64,000 bases of DNA from Minisyncoccia bacterium (GTDB lineage: Bacteria > Patescibacteriota > Minisyncoccia > Phycocordibacterales > UBA918), in assembly GCA_041736805.1 (NCBI GenBank), contig JBGSSW010000016.1, forward strand, positions 130,526-194,525, read 5' to 3'. Positions 18,061 to 26,652 of this stretch are shown here, one piece after another (positions within the stretch are counted from its first letter, which is position 1; the number at the start of each line of letters is the position of its first letter). Under the pieces are notes generated by a model that did not search any database, was not told where the DNA came from, and saw only the letters and a program-made list of their open reading frames with translations. Position numbers and translations under genes: made by a program.

Positions 18061-18774
18061 TTAATCTTCCCAGCCTTTATTTAAGGCGGCAGCAGAAGCG
18101 GCTTGCTGTTCAGCCTCTTGTTTTGAGCGACCCTTTCCTTCTGCTATCTTCTCTTGGCGTAAATATACTCCCACTGTAAAAACACGGTCGTGATCTGGTC
18201 CATCCTGAGAAATAGTTTCGTAGGTTGGGGTAATGGAAACTTTGTCCTGCGACAATTCCTGAAAGCGGCTTTTAGCATCCTGCCATAGCCTTTTTTTAAC
18301 AATTTCTTCTGTATTATCAAATAAACGTTTAGCAATAAAATCGCGAGCCGTATCATAGCCTTGATCTAAGTAAATTGCTCCAATACATGCCTCAAAAACA
18401 TTAGCTAAAATGTATAGCCGGGCTCTTCCTTCATCTTTTGCTTCACCTTTTGACATTAGCAGATATTTATTTATGTCCATGTGCTCAGATACAGCCGCTA
18501 ACGAATTAGTATTGACCAAAGCAGCTCGGATAGCGGTTAGTTCTCCTTCTGGCTTTTCTGGATATTTAGAAAATAAAAAATCTGTTACCACCAGCTCCAA
18601 AACAGCATCCCCCAAGAACTCTAAACGTTCATTATGCTCCCACGTAGCTTCTTTGTGTTCATTTAAATATGACCGATGAGTAACAGCCGACAACAAAACC
18701 GCCGAGTCCTTGAAAGTGACTCCTAGCATAGTCTGTAGTAGTACCAAATCTGCCTCAATGTTTCTTTCTGTCAT
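18061..18774 (-). CDS. rnc: Ribonuclease III.
   Basis: HRSYLNE...ERLEFLGDAVLELVVTDFLF (the RNase III signature) plus a C-terminal dsRBD. Confidence 0.92.
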   Translation of the reverse strand: MTERNIEADLVLLQTMLGVTFKDSAVLLSAVTHRSYLNEHKEATWEHNERLEFLGDAVLELVVTDFLFSKYPEKPEGELTAIRAALVNTNSLAAVSEHMDINKYLLMSKGEAKDEGRARLYILANVFEACIGAIYLDQGYDTARDFIAKRLFDNTEEIVKKRLWQDAKSRFQELSQDKVSITPTYETISQDGPDHDRVFTVGVYLRQEKIAEGKGRSKQEAEQQAASAAALNKGWED

Positions 18775-18809
18775 AATCTATCTCCTATCAATAAAATTTG
18801 AGCCTAACA

Positions 18810-19712
18810 CTATTTACTGCGTCTGCCAACCAACATAGTAATGGCCTTAGTAACAATTGGTAAAATATCCTCATAGAAATTTAGCTCCAAAATATCTGCC
18901 ACTCTAAACCAACGAGCATCGTCTAATCCACCTTTTTTGGCCAAAACTAAATCTTGGTAAGGTGCTTTGGCCAAAAAATAATGCACCTGCTTTCGAACCT
19001 TTCCTTTTTCTGGCTGTGAAGCGATATATTCATTATTTCCAAGTTCTGCTTCAATCTCAACCGGTAAACCAATTTCTTCTCGCAAAGCCCTAGTGGCTCC
19101 TTGTTCAACTGTCTCTTCTTCGGTTACCTTACTCTTAGACAGAGTCCAGTGACCAAAAATATCGTGGACTAGTGCGAAGTACATTTCCCCATCTTCTTCG
19201 GCATAAACAACCGCACCAGACAATCTCTCAATCGGCATTTGGTCAAAAGGTACTTCCTTTTTACGGCGCTTGCTAGTCTCTTCTTTACCAGGCTCGCCAA
19301 TTTCTTTATAGACAGCACCCAAAACTCCATTCACAAAACGACTGCTGTTGTCTCCACCAAATTGTTTAGCCAATTCTATTGCTTCATTAATTGCAACCTT
19401 AGCTGGCACTTCTGACCGTTCAGAAAATAAAAGTTCAAATAAACCTAAGCGTAAAATATTTCTATCAACTGGTGAGATACGATCAATTGGCCACTCAGGA
19501 GCAGCCTTCGAAATTACTAAATCTAACTCTGTTTGCTTTCCTAAAATACCGCTAAGCAACTTTTCCATGAATGGGCGGTCGGAGCGGTTTTGCGCAAACT
19601 CTTCAATATTTCTATCTAAAATAAGAATGACTTCCTTTTTATCTATTGCATTTAAATCCCACTCAAAGAGGGCTTGAAGAACTATACTGCGTGAAAGGTG
19701 ACGATTGGCCAT
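18810..19712 (-). CDS. nusB: NusB (transcription antitermination factor) fused to a C-terminal NUDIX hydrolase domain (300 aa).
   Basis: N-terminus RHLSRSIVLQALFEWDL...VNGVLGAV matches NusB. The C-terminus GAVVYAEEDGEMYFALVHDIFGHWTLSKSKVTEEETVEQGATRALREEIGLPVE matches the NUDIX fold and a slightly degenerate Nudix box (RE.xEE.GU). Confidence 0.8.
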   Translation of the reverse strand: MANRHLSRSIVLQALFEWDLNAIDKKEVILILDRNIEEFAQNRSDRPFMEKLLSGILGKQTELDLVISKAAPEWPIDRISPVDRNILRLGLFELLFSERSEVPAKVAINEAIELAKQFGGDNSSRFVNGVLGAVYKEIGEPGKEETSKRRKKEVPFDQMPIERLSGAVVYAEEDGEMYFALVHDIFGHWTLSKSKVTEEETVEQGATRALREEIGLPVEIEAELGNNEYIASQPEKGKVRKQVHYFLAKAPYQDLVLAKKGGLDDARWFRVADILELNFYEDILPIVTKAITMLVGRRSK

Positions 19713-19777
19713 AAAAAATGTACTAAACTTCTACTGAGAACAATATACCATGCTTCTAGATGTAAATCGTCCAAAAT

Positions 19778-19808
19778 CCACAAAACCCCTTTCAGGGGTT
19801 TTGTGGAC
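19778..19808 (-). terminator. Terminator downstream of rpmF.
   Basis: ccacaaaacccctttcaggggttttgtgg hairpin. The minus-strand reading is followed by a T-rich run. Confidence 0.55.
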
Positions 19809-19812
19809 AATC

Positions 19813-20073
19813 TTATTTAGCCTCTGGCTTTGTCTCTGGAGTTGGTTCAGCGACAACTTCCCCTCTCGCGTCTTTTTTGGCTTGAATTCGTGACTCACGA
19901 TTCTTTTTCTTAGCCGCCAAATCAATAACTACCCTACCTTTATAATAGCCACAGTCCAAACACATGTGATGTGGTCGGTGTTGCGCACCACAGTTCTTGC
20001 AAACAGCCAAAGTTGGCGCTGTTAAAGCATGATGTGAGCGTCTGTTGGCGGTGTGGGACCGCGTATGTCGCAT
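19813..20073 (-). CDS. rpmF: 50S ribosomal protein L32 with a basic C-terminal extension.
   Basis: [47 protein letters not shown] (L32 zinc-ribbon CxxC..CxxC). The longer ORF start at 20085 is less likely. Confidence 0.85.
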   Translation of the reverse strand: MRHTRSHTANRRSHHALTAPTLAVCKNCGAQHRPHHMCLDCGYYKGRVVIDLAAKKKNRESRIQAKKDARGEVVAEPTPETKPEAK

Positions 20074-20178
20074 TCGAATTACCATAGTGGCGCAACTATA
20101 TCAAATATGGGTAAAAAAGCAACTGGGCTAACAAAAAGCCACCAGGGTTACTAGCGGCTTTTCTTCTAACGCAATCAA

Positions 20179-20457
20179 TCAGGACTTATTTGCCCTGGAT
20201 TTTGCGAGCATCCATCTTGGACAAGCGGTGGTGGTGGTTGCAATGGCTGGTGGAGAAACTGTCCTCTCCTTTCCTAGAGCAACGCAACCAATCTTCACTT
20301 CAGTTTCGCCCAAACCTCTTCTGCCAGTCTCTATCAGAGCTAGCGTCTTGAAATTTGGGCATTTTCCTCCAAAATGACCACAGTGACATGTTGCAACATG
20401 ATCCAGCACTTCAGGATCATTAAACGGAACGCCTACTCGCTTGATGGTTTTCCTCAA
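20179..20457 (-). CDS. Small Cys/His-rich hypothetical protein (92 aa). It may be a minimal YceD/DUF177-like protein, given its position upstream of rpmF.
   Basis: CHCGHFGGKCPNF plus further Cys residues. It has its own hairpin plus T-tract terminator (20133-20165, minus strand). Assignment is by position only. Confidence 0.3.
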   Translation of the reverse strand: MRKTIKRVGVPFNDPEVLDHVATCHCGHFGGKCPNFKTLALIETGRRGLGETEVKIGCVALGKERTVSPPAIATTTTACPRWMLAKSRANKS

Positions 20458-20584
20458 GATATATCTCCTTTGTTTATGTTACTTCCAAAACAACAGCCTC
20501 ATTGCGTTGGTTTGGATGTTCATTATTATAACACGAAACATCCCATTGGTAAATGGAGGGATATCCCCGCCTCATTTGTCTTCA

Positions 20585-21271
20585 TCAAACAAATTTTTTA
20601 CAAAAACTCTGTCGATGAAGCTTTGATAATCCGTTTTCTTTAATTGCTTCACGATGTTTTTTGGTGCCATAGCCTTTATGTATTTCAAAACTATACTTTA
20701 AAAATTCACTTCGCTTCGACAGCTTCTCCATGTATTCATCTCTAGTTACTTTGGCCAAAATAGAAGCTAGGCCAATCAACTTTTCCTTGGCGTCGCCTTT
20801 TATTATTGTTTCTTGGTATAAATATTCTTTTGGAGCCCGCAAGAGTCCGTCAAGCTTAACTTCAACAGAGTCGGGTCTGACAGCTAATTTTTTTAGTCCT
20901 TTATCAATCCCGATTATTACGGCTTTTGAAATTCCTTGTTTATCAATTACTGTGCTACTTACTAATGTCACAGCGTAGTCTAATAATCCTTGTTTTTTTA
21001 ATTGCTTAGTTCGGTAAAAAATCGCTTCGCGATTTTTTACCGACACCTGTTTTGAATCCCTTACCCCAGGAATAATTTTCCAGTCAAAATCCCTCTTTAC
21101 TACCACCAATCCAACTGCCACTGGTCCGGCCAAAGGCCCTCTACCTGCTTCATCAATCCCAATTAAATATTTAGGCTTTTTCACATCAAAAGTATACCCC
21201 ACCCACAAGACACCAATAGTGTTAGCGCCCGAATGGCCACTGTTGCAGTTATTCATGTCTTTAGCAATCAC
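20585..21271 (-). CDS. rnhB: Ribonuclease HII.
   Basis: LIGIDEAGRGPLAGPVAVGLVVV is the RNase HII active-site motif. The N-terminal 25 residues of the ORF may be upstream read-through, so the true start is uncertain. Confidence 0.9.
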   Translation of the reverse strand: MIAKDMNNCNSGHSGANTIGVLWVGYTFDVKKPKYLIGIDEAGRGPLAGPVAVGLVVVKRDFDWKIIPGVRDSKQVSVKNREAIFYRTKQLKKQGLLDYAVTLVSSTVIDKQGISKAVIIGIDKGLKKLAVRPDSVEVKLDGLLRAPKEYLYQETIIKGDAKEKLIGLASILAKVTRDEYMEKLSKRSEFLKYSFEIHKGYGTKKHREAIKENGLSKLHRQSFCKKFV

Positions 21272-21299
21272 TACAGCTGGATGTTATAATGTCTAAGCC

Positions 21300-24200
21300 A
21301 TGCCCGAAACCGAAAAAACCTCTCCTCAATTTGTCCATCTACATGTCCATTCTCACTACTCTCTTCTCAATGCGCTTCCAACTCCGAAGGAGTTAGTTAT
21401 CGCAGCCAAGGCTGATGGGCAAACCTCACTTGCAATTACTGATAATGGCGCCCTCTATGGAGCGATTGATTTTTACAAAGCTTGTACTAAAGAAGGCATC
21501 AAACCAATTATTGGTATTGACGCTTTTTTAGCGCCGAGAACTAGGCACGATAAAGATGCGCAAATTGATAAACCTCGTGCCCGAGTTGTCCTTTTAGCTA
21601 AGACTTTCGCTGGTTATCAAAACCTTATTCAGTTAGTCACAATTTCAAATCTCGAAGGCTTCTACTACAAACCAAGACTAGATGAAGAAATAATTGCCAA
21701 ATATGCGAAAGACCTAATTTGTATCATCCCCTCTTTTGCTGGAGAAGTCGCCAAAGCTTTAAAGGATGGCGACCAGGAATATGCCTTAAAAAAACTAAAC
21801 TGGTACAAGGAAGTATTTGGGGATAATTGCTACCTAGAAATCACTCATCATCCAGAAATTCTTGATCACGAAAAAAATCAGCAAAAAATTATCGCCCTGG
21901 CCAAATCCACCGACACACAGCTGGTGGCGGCTCACGACGTTTACTACCTGAAACCTGAGGATAGGACAGCCAGAGAAACGTTAATTAAAATCCAAAATGG
22001 TGGTGTGGTAGATATGACGACCGAACATGGTACTGAAGAAGACTTTTCTTTTATCACTCAAGCCCAAGCCCGCAAATACTTTAAGGACACTCCTGAGGCT
22101 TTAGCCAACACCATTAAGATTGCTGAAGCCTGTAATGTAGAAATTGAAATTGGTACGCACTGGTATTTCCCTGACTACAAAATAGCCAGTAACCGTGATG
22201 CTGATGATGAATTAAAAACCACCGCCTACGAAGGCGTTACTTGGAGAAGGCTTGATATTAATAATGAGGTCGTAAAAACTCGTCTTGATTACGAACTGGA
22301 AGTAATCAAGAATAAAGGTTATGCAAAATACTTTTTGGTGGTAGGCGATTTACTACGTGAAGCTAGGACACGAGGTATTCTGACCACTATTCGTGGTTCG
22401 GTAGCCGGTTCACTGACAACTTATGTTTTAGGTATTACTAACGTAGACCCGATTGAATACAAACTTCCTTTTGAACGCTTCCTCAATCCCGAACGTCCCT
22501 CAGCTCCCGATATTGATATGGACTTTGCTGATGATAGACGTGACGAAATTATTGAATATGCCAAAGAAAAATATGGCGCAGACAAAGTAGCCCAAATTGG
22601 TACTTTCGGCACTATGATGGCCAGAGCGGCTGTCCGCGACGTTGCTAGAGCCTTAGGTCACCCTTATTCTGTCGGTGACCGGATTGCCAAATTAATTCCT
22701 ATGGGTAGCCAAGGCTTTCCGATGACAATAAAAAAAGCTCTAGAAATAGAACCTGATCTGGCAAAACTATACAAACAAGATAGCGAAGCTAAAGAGGTGA
22801 TAGATTTAGCTAAACAAATTGAAGGTCGAGTTAGACATCTAGGAGTACATGCGGCTGGAGTAGTTATTTCTCCTGAGCCGCTAAATAAATTTGTCCCAAT
22901 TCAACCCGACCCAAAGACGGGTAAGTTTATTACTCAGTATGAAATGAAAAGTGTCGGTGAGGATGGTGTTGGTCTACTTAAGTTTGACTTTCTCGGTATC
23001 AAGAACCTAGCTATTTTAGCTGAAGCCGTAAAGAGAGTGGGAGTCATCCGCGAAATAAAGGTGGATATAGAAAATATTCCTCTAGCTGATGACAAAACTT
23101 TCAATATTTTGGCTAAGGGTGAAACTATGGGTCTTTTTCAATTAAATGGCTCTGGTATGACTGCTTTCTTAAAACAACTTAAGCCTAGTACCATTCACGA
23201 TATCAATGCCATGGTTGCTCTCTATCGTCCGGGCCCAATGGAATCTATCCCTCAATACATCGAAAGAAAGCACAACTCGGAATTAGTTTCCTATATTGAC
23301 CCGCGTTTAAAACCGATTCTAGAAATGTCATATGGGGTTATTACTTACCAGGACGATGTTATGACAATAGCCCGAGAGTTAGCAGGTTACAGTTGGCTTG
23401 AAGCTGATATCTTGCGTAAGGCCATGGGTAAGAAAATTCCTGAGGTAATGGCGGCTGAAAAAGACAAATTACTGACCGGTTTCGTCGAATACGGTAAATT
23501 AAGCAGCGCCATTGCCAACAAACTATGGAGTCTAATTGAACCTTTCGCCGCCTACGGATTCAATAAAGCCCATGCGGCGAGTTATGGACGCGTAGCTTAT
23601 CAAACCGCTTACATGAAGGCCAACTTCCCTGTCGAATACATGTCAGCGGTCTTAACAGCTGACTCAGGTGATATTGATAAAATTTCTGAAATCATTCGCG
23701 AATGTGAAAGAATGCAAATTGATGTTTTGCCGCCTGACATCAATGAATCATATGAAGACTTTACTGTTGTTCCTGGTAAAAAAACTATTCGTTTTGGACT
23801 AACCACAATCAAAAATTTTGGTGCTGGTATCGCCGAAGCCATCATCAAAGAAAGAAAGAAAAATGGTCACTTCACTTCCCTGACTAATTTTCTTTCCCGG
23901 GTGAATGATCGTAACTTGAATAAAAAATCTCTTGAATCCCTAATCTTGACCGGTGCCTTGGATGGTTTCGGGGAACGGGGAGAAATGTATGCCAACATTG
24001 AACTACTTCTCACCTTTAACCGTGAGCGTGTGACTGAGAAGGAATCTGCCCAAGAATCATTATTTAACCTTGGTAGTGGCAGTACTCACACTTTAAATCT
24101 ACAATCGTCAGAGCCCGCCCCAGCCCTGCAAAAGCTAATCTGGGAAAAAGATTTACTCGGAGTTTATGTGTCTGGACATCCACTTGATGCCTATGAAGAA

Positions 24201-24518
24201 GAATTGAAACAAAGACCTACGATTCAAGAAATTAGAAATGACGATCGTAATGGTGTCCCAGTTGTTACAGCAGGTATGATTAGCGGAATTCGAGAATTAC
24301 TGACAAAAAAAGGTGAGCGTATGGCTTTTGTGATTTTATCTGATAAAAAAAGTGAGATTGAGATGGTGGCTTTCCCTCGAACCTATACTGAGCTTAGAGA
24401 CATTTTTTTGGTTGGCACTTGTATAGCAGTCAAAGGTCGTTTGTCTATCCGTAATAGCGAACCGACCATTGCCTTAGAGAGAGCTAAATTACTGTCTTTA
24501 CCAAATCAGACTTCCTAA
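21300..24518 (+). CDS. dnaE: DNA polymerase III alpha subunit (compact 1072-aa form).
   Basis: PHP-domain N-terminus (HLHVHSHYSLLNALPTPKEL), polymerase core, and OB domain (VTAGMISGIREL...). Confidence 0.95.
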   Translation: MPETEKTSPQFVHLHVHSHYSLLNALPTPKELVIAAKADGQTSLAITDNGALYGAIDFYKACTKEGIKPIIGIDAFLAPRTRHDKDAQIDKPRARVVLLAKTFAGYQNLIQLVTISNLEGFYYKPRLDEEIIAKYAKDLICIIPSFAGEVAKALKDGDQEYALKKLNWYKEVFGDNCYLEITHHPEILDHEKNQQKIIALAKSTDTQLVAAHDVYYLKPEDRTARETLIKIQNGGVVDMTTEHGTEEDFSFITQAQARKYFKDTPEALANTIKIAEACNVEIEIGTHWYFPDYKIASNRDADDELKTTAYEGVTWRRLDINNEVVKTRLDYELEVIKNKGYAKYFLVVGDLLREARTRGILTTIRGSVAGSLTTYVLGITNVDPIEYKLPFERFLNPERPSAPDIDMDFADDRRDEIIEYAKEKYGADKVAQIGTFGTMMARAAVRDVARALGHPYSVGDRIAKLIPMGSQGFPMTIKKALEIEPDLAKLYKQDSEAKEVIDLAKQIEGRVRHLGVHAAGVVISPEPLNKFVPIQPDPKTGKFITQYEMKSVGEDGVGLLKFDFLGIKNLAILAEAVKRVGVIREIKVDIENIPLADDKTFNILAKGETMGLFQLNGSGMTAFLKQLKPSTIHDINAMVALYRPGPMESIPQYIERKHNSELVSYIDPRLKPILEMSYGVITYQDDVMTIARELAGYSWLEADILRKAMGKKIPEVMAAEKDKLLTGFVEYGKLSSAIANKLWSLIEPFAAYGFNKAHAASYGRVAYQTAYMKANFPVEYMSAVLTADSGDIDKISEIIRECERMQIDVLPPDINESYEDFTVVPGKKTIRFGLTTIKNFGAGIAEAIIKERKKNGHFTSLTNFLSRVNDRNLNKKSLESLILTGALDGFGERGEMYANIELLLTFNRERVTEKESAQESLFNLGSGSTHTLNLQSSEPAPALQKLIWEKDLLGVYVSGHPLDAYEEELKQRPTIQEIRNDDRNGVPVVTAGMISGIRELLTKKGERMAFVILSDKKSEIEMVAFPRTYTELRDIFLVGTCIAVKGRLSIRNSEPTIALERAKLLSLPNQTS

Positions 24519-24553
24519 AACAACTAAAGTCTAGAAACATCGGTCTTAAAAAT

Positions 24554-24582
24554 TTGACCAAATTTACTAATGAGTTTAGGAT
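24554..24582 (+). promoter_or_regulatory. Candidate promoter for the thrS leader (TTGACC-17 nt-TAGGAT).
   Basis: Sequence inspection only. Confidence 0.3.
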
Positions 24583-24587
24583 GTACA

Positions 24588-24762
24588 GATACAGAGATTG
24601 TGGTGTCTACCAAACACCAAAGCACCTGCTTGTATCATCTGATACCTAATCTGCATCTTAAGAGCGGTTACTTTTGTAATCGAAACTCGGTGGAACCGCG
24701 GTTTGAAAAATCGTCCGAGTAAAAATACGACTTCCGTCGTATTTTTACTCGGACGATTTTTG
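24588..24762 (+). promoter_or_regulatory. T-box riboswitch leader controlling thrS (tRNA-sensing, with terminator/antiterminator).
   Basis: The conserved T-box motif GGTGGAACCGCGG is at 24689-24701. The 5' flank aaACTCGG can pair with CCGAGT of the terminator's 5' arm, giving an antiterminator. The terminator tcgtccgagtaaaaatacgac / gtcgtatttttactcggacga + TTTTT lies at 24711-24761. Stem I contains an AGAGA (GA/K-turn-like) motif. Confidence 0.65.
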
Positions 24763-24838
24763 CTTGGTCTTGCTTGCTTCGAACGACTCTGCAGGCGTAG
24801 CCGAAGCCTTAGTGAGGAGTAAGACAAGACCAAGCAAA
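24760..24838 (+). other. Second long hairpin between the T-box terminator and the thrS start. It encloses a GAGGAG.
   Basis: ttgcttggtcttg ... caagaccaagcaa (13-bp stem). The inner stem is gcttcg..cgaagc. Confidence 0.4.
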
Positions 24839-24854
24839 AACAACTATAATTTAT

Positions 24855-26603
24855 ATGTCATATACACTACAAGAAAAAAGACACACCTTAGCTCACCTAT
24901 TGGCAGCGGCCGTAATAAAGGATTATCCTCACGCCAAACTCACCCTCGGCCCCGCCATTGATAACGGTTTCTATTACGACATCGATTTTTCTGGTGGACC
25001 AGCTTTAGGTGATGATGGTTTAAAGGATGTTCAAAAAAATATGAAGAAACTTCTAAACTCTTGGACAGAGTTTACTCATAAAGAAGTTACTCCTGAAGCG
25101 GCTCGTGAGTTATTTAAAGACAACCCTTACAAGCTTGAATTAGTAAGCGAAATAATTGAGCGTGGAGAAAAAATTACCCTTTACACCTGTGGCGGATTTA
25201 CTGACTTATGTCGCGGCGGACACTGTGAAAATCCTAACCAAGACTTAGATACCGACGCTTTCAAGCTTGATAAGGTGGCCGGAGCCTACTGGCGTGGAAA
25301 TGAAAAAAATCCTATGCTTTCGCGTATTTATGGTCTAGCTTTTGAAACTAAAGCGGAACTTGATGCGTACGTAACTCAAATCGAAGAAGCTAAGAAACGT
25401 GACCACCGCAAACTTGGTAAAGAGATGGACTTGTTTACTTTCTCAGAATTAGTCGGGTCTGGCTTACCACTCTGGACTCCCAAAGGCACTTTACTTAGAA
25501 GTATTCTTGATAATTACATTTGGGAACTTCGTACAAAACATGGCTACACCAGAGTCACAATTCCACATATCACTAAAAAGGATTTGTATGTTACTTCTGG
25601 ACATTGGGATAAATTTTCTGATGAACTATTCCGTATCAATACACGTGAAGGTAAGGAGTACGCTATGAAGCCAATGAACTGTCCTCACCACACGCAGATT
25701 TTTGATCGTCATCCCCACAGTTATCGTGACATGCCCCAACGCTACGCTGAGACCACAATGGTCTACCGTGATGAACAATCAGGTGAACTTGGCGGGCTAA
25801 CTAGAGTACTTTCTATTACCCAAGATGACGCTCATGTATTTTGTCGAGAAAATCAGGTTAAAGAAGAATTTGACCGTGTCTGGGATATCATTACAACCTT
25901 CTATGGCACTTTTGGTTTTAATGACATGAGAGTACGACTATCACTTCATGACCCGAAAGAATTCGAGAAGTACCTCGGTACCAAAGAAACCTGGCAAAGG
26001 GCTGAAGACTCGCTGCGTGAAATTGCACAATCGCATAAAGCTAACTACTTTGAAGCGGAAGGTGAAGCTGCCATGTACGGACCAAAGTTGGATTTCATGG
26101 CCAAAGACTCGCTTGGCCGCGAACATCAAGTAGCTACGATTCAGCTCGACATGAATTTACCTGAGCGATTTGATCTTAATTGTATTAATGAGAAAGGTGA
26201 AAAAGAAAGGGTTGTTATGATTCATTGTGCCATCATGGGTTCAATTGAACGTTTTTCAGCTGTCTTGATTGAACACTTAGGTGGTAACTTCCCTCTCTGG
26301 CTTTCACCAGAGCAACTTAGAGTTATCCCTGTCACTGATGATCATTTAGATTATGCTGATAAAGTCTATCGCGAACTAAAAGCAATTGGGCTTCGGGTAT
26401 CAATTGATGACAGTAAAGAATCTATGGGTAAGAAAATTCGTGCGGCTAAAGTTGACCGACTGCCTTACTTTATTGTTGTTGGAGACAAAGAAATTGCAGA
26501 CAAAGCCGTAACCCTCGAGTCTAGAGGTGGAAATACTGAGAAGATGGATTTGAGTTCACTCGGTAATCATTTACTAACTGAGATAGAGACCAAGAAACTA
26601 TAA
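24855..26603 (+). CDS. thrS: Threonyl-tRNA synthetase lacking the N-terminal TGS (N1) domain (582 aa).
   Basis: It starts in the editing domain (HTLAHLLAAAV...GPAIDNGFYYD, CRGGH), followed by class II catalytic motifs and a C-terminal anticodon-binding domain. Confidence 0.95.
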   Translation: MSYTLQEKRHTLAHLLAAAVIKDYPHAKLTLGPAIDNGFYYDIDFSGGPALGDDGLKDVQKNMKKLLNSWTEFTHKEVTPEAARELFKDNPYKLELVSEIIERGEKITLYTCGGFTDLCRGGHCENPNQDLDTDAFKLDKVAGAYWRGNEKNPMLSRIYGLAFETKAELDAYVTQIEEAKKRDHRKLGKEMDLFTFSELVGSGLPLWTPKGTLLRSILDNYIWELRTKHGYTRVTIPHITKKDLYVTSGHWDKFSDELFRINTREGKEYAMKPMNCPHHTQIFDRHPHSYRDMPQRYAETTMVYRDEQSGELGGLTRVLSITQDDAHVFCRENQVKEEFDRVWDIITTFYGTFGFNDMRVRLSLHDPKEFEKYLGTKETWQRAEDSLREIAQSHKANYFEAEGEAAMYGPKLDFMAKDSLGREHQVATIQLDMNLPERFDLNCINEKGEKERVVMIHCAIMGSIERFSAVLIEHLGGNFPLWLSPEQLRVIPVTDDHLDYADKVYRELKAIGLRVSIDDSKESMGKKIRAAKVDRLPYFIVVGDKEIADKAVTLESRGGNTEKMDLSSLGNHLLTEIETKKL

Positions 26604-26607
26604 AAAT

Positions 26608-26645
26608 AAAACCGCCTCCCGAAGGGAGGCGGTTTTATTTTGTTT
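26608..26645. terminator. Bidirectional terminator between thrS and the convergent surface-protein gene.
   Basis: aaaccgcctccc gaag ggaggcggttt flanked by A- and T-tracts. Confidence 0.7.
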
Positions 26646-26652
26646 TGCTAAA

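Noticed and set aside
20374-20643. Plus-strand ORFs of 61-89 aa between the small Cys protein and rnhB
   Set aside because: They lie in the intergenic/promoter region, with low-complexity translation and no start context.
24764-24961. 65-aa ORF overlapping the thrS leader and start
   Set aside because: It overlaps the T-box-associated hairpin and is out of frame with thrS. There is no RBS.
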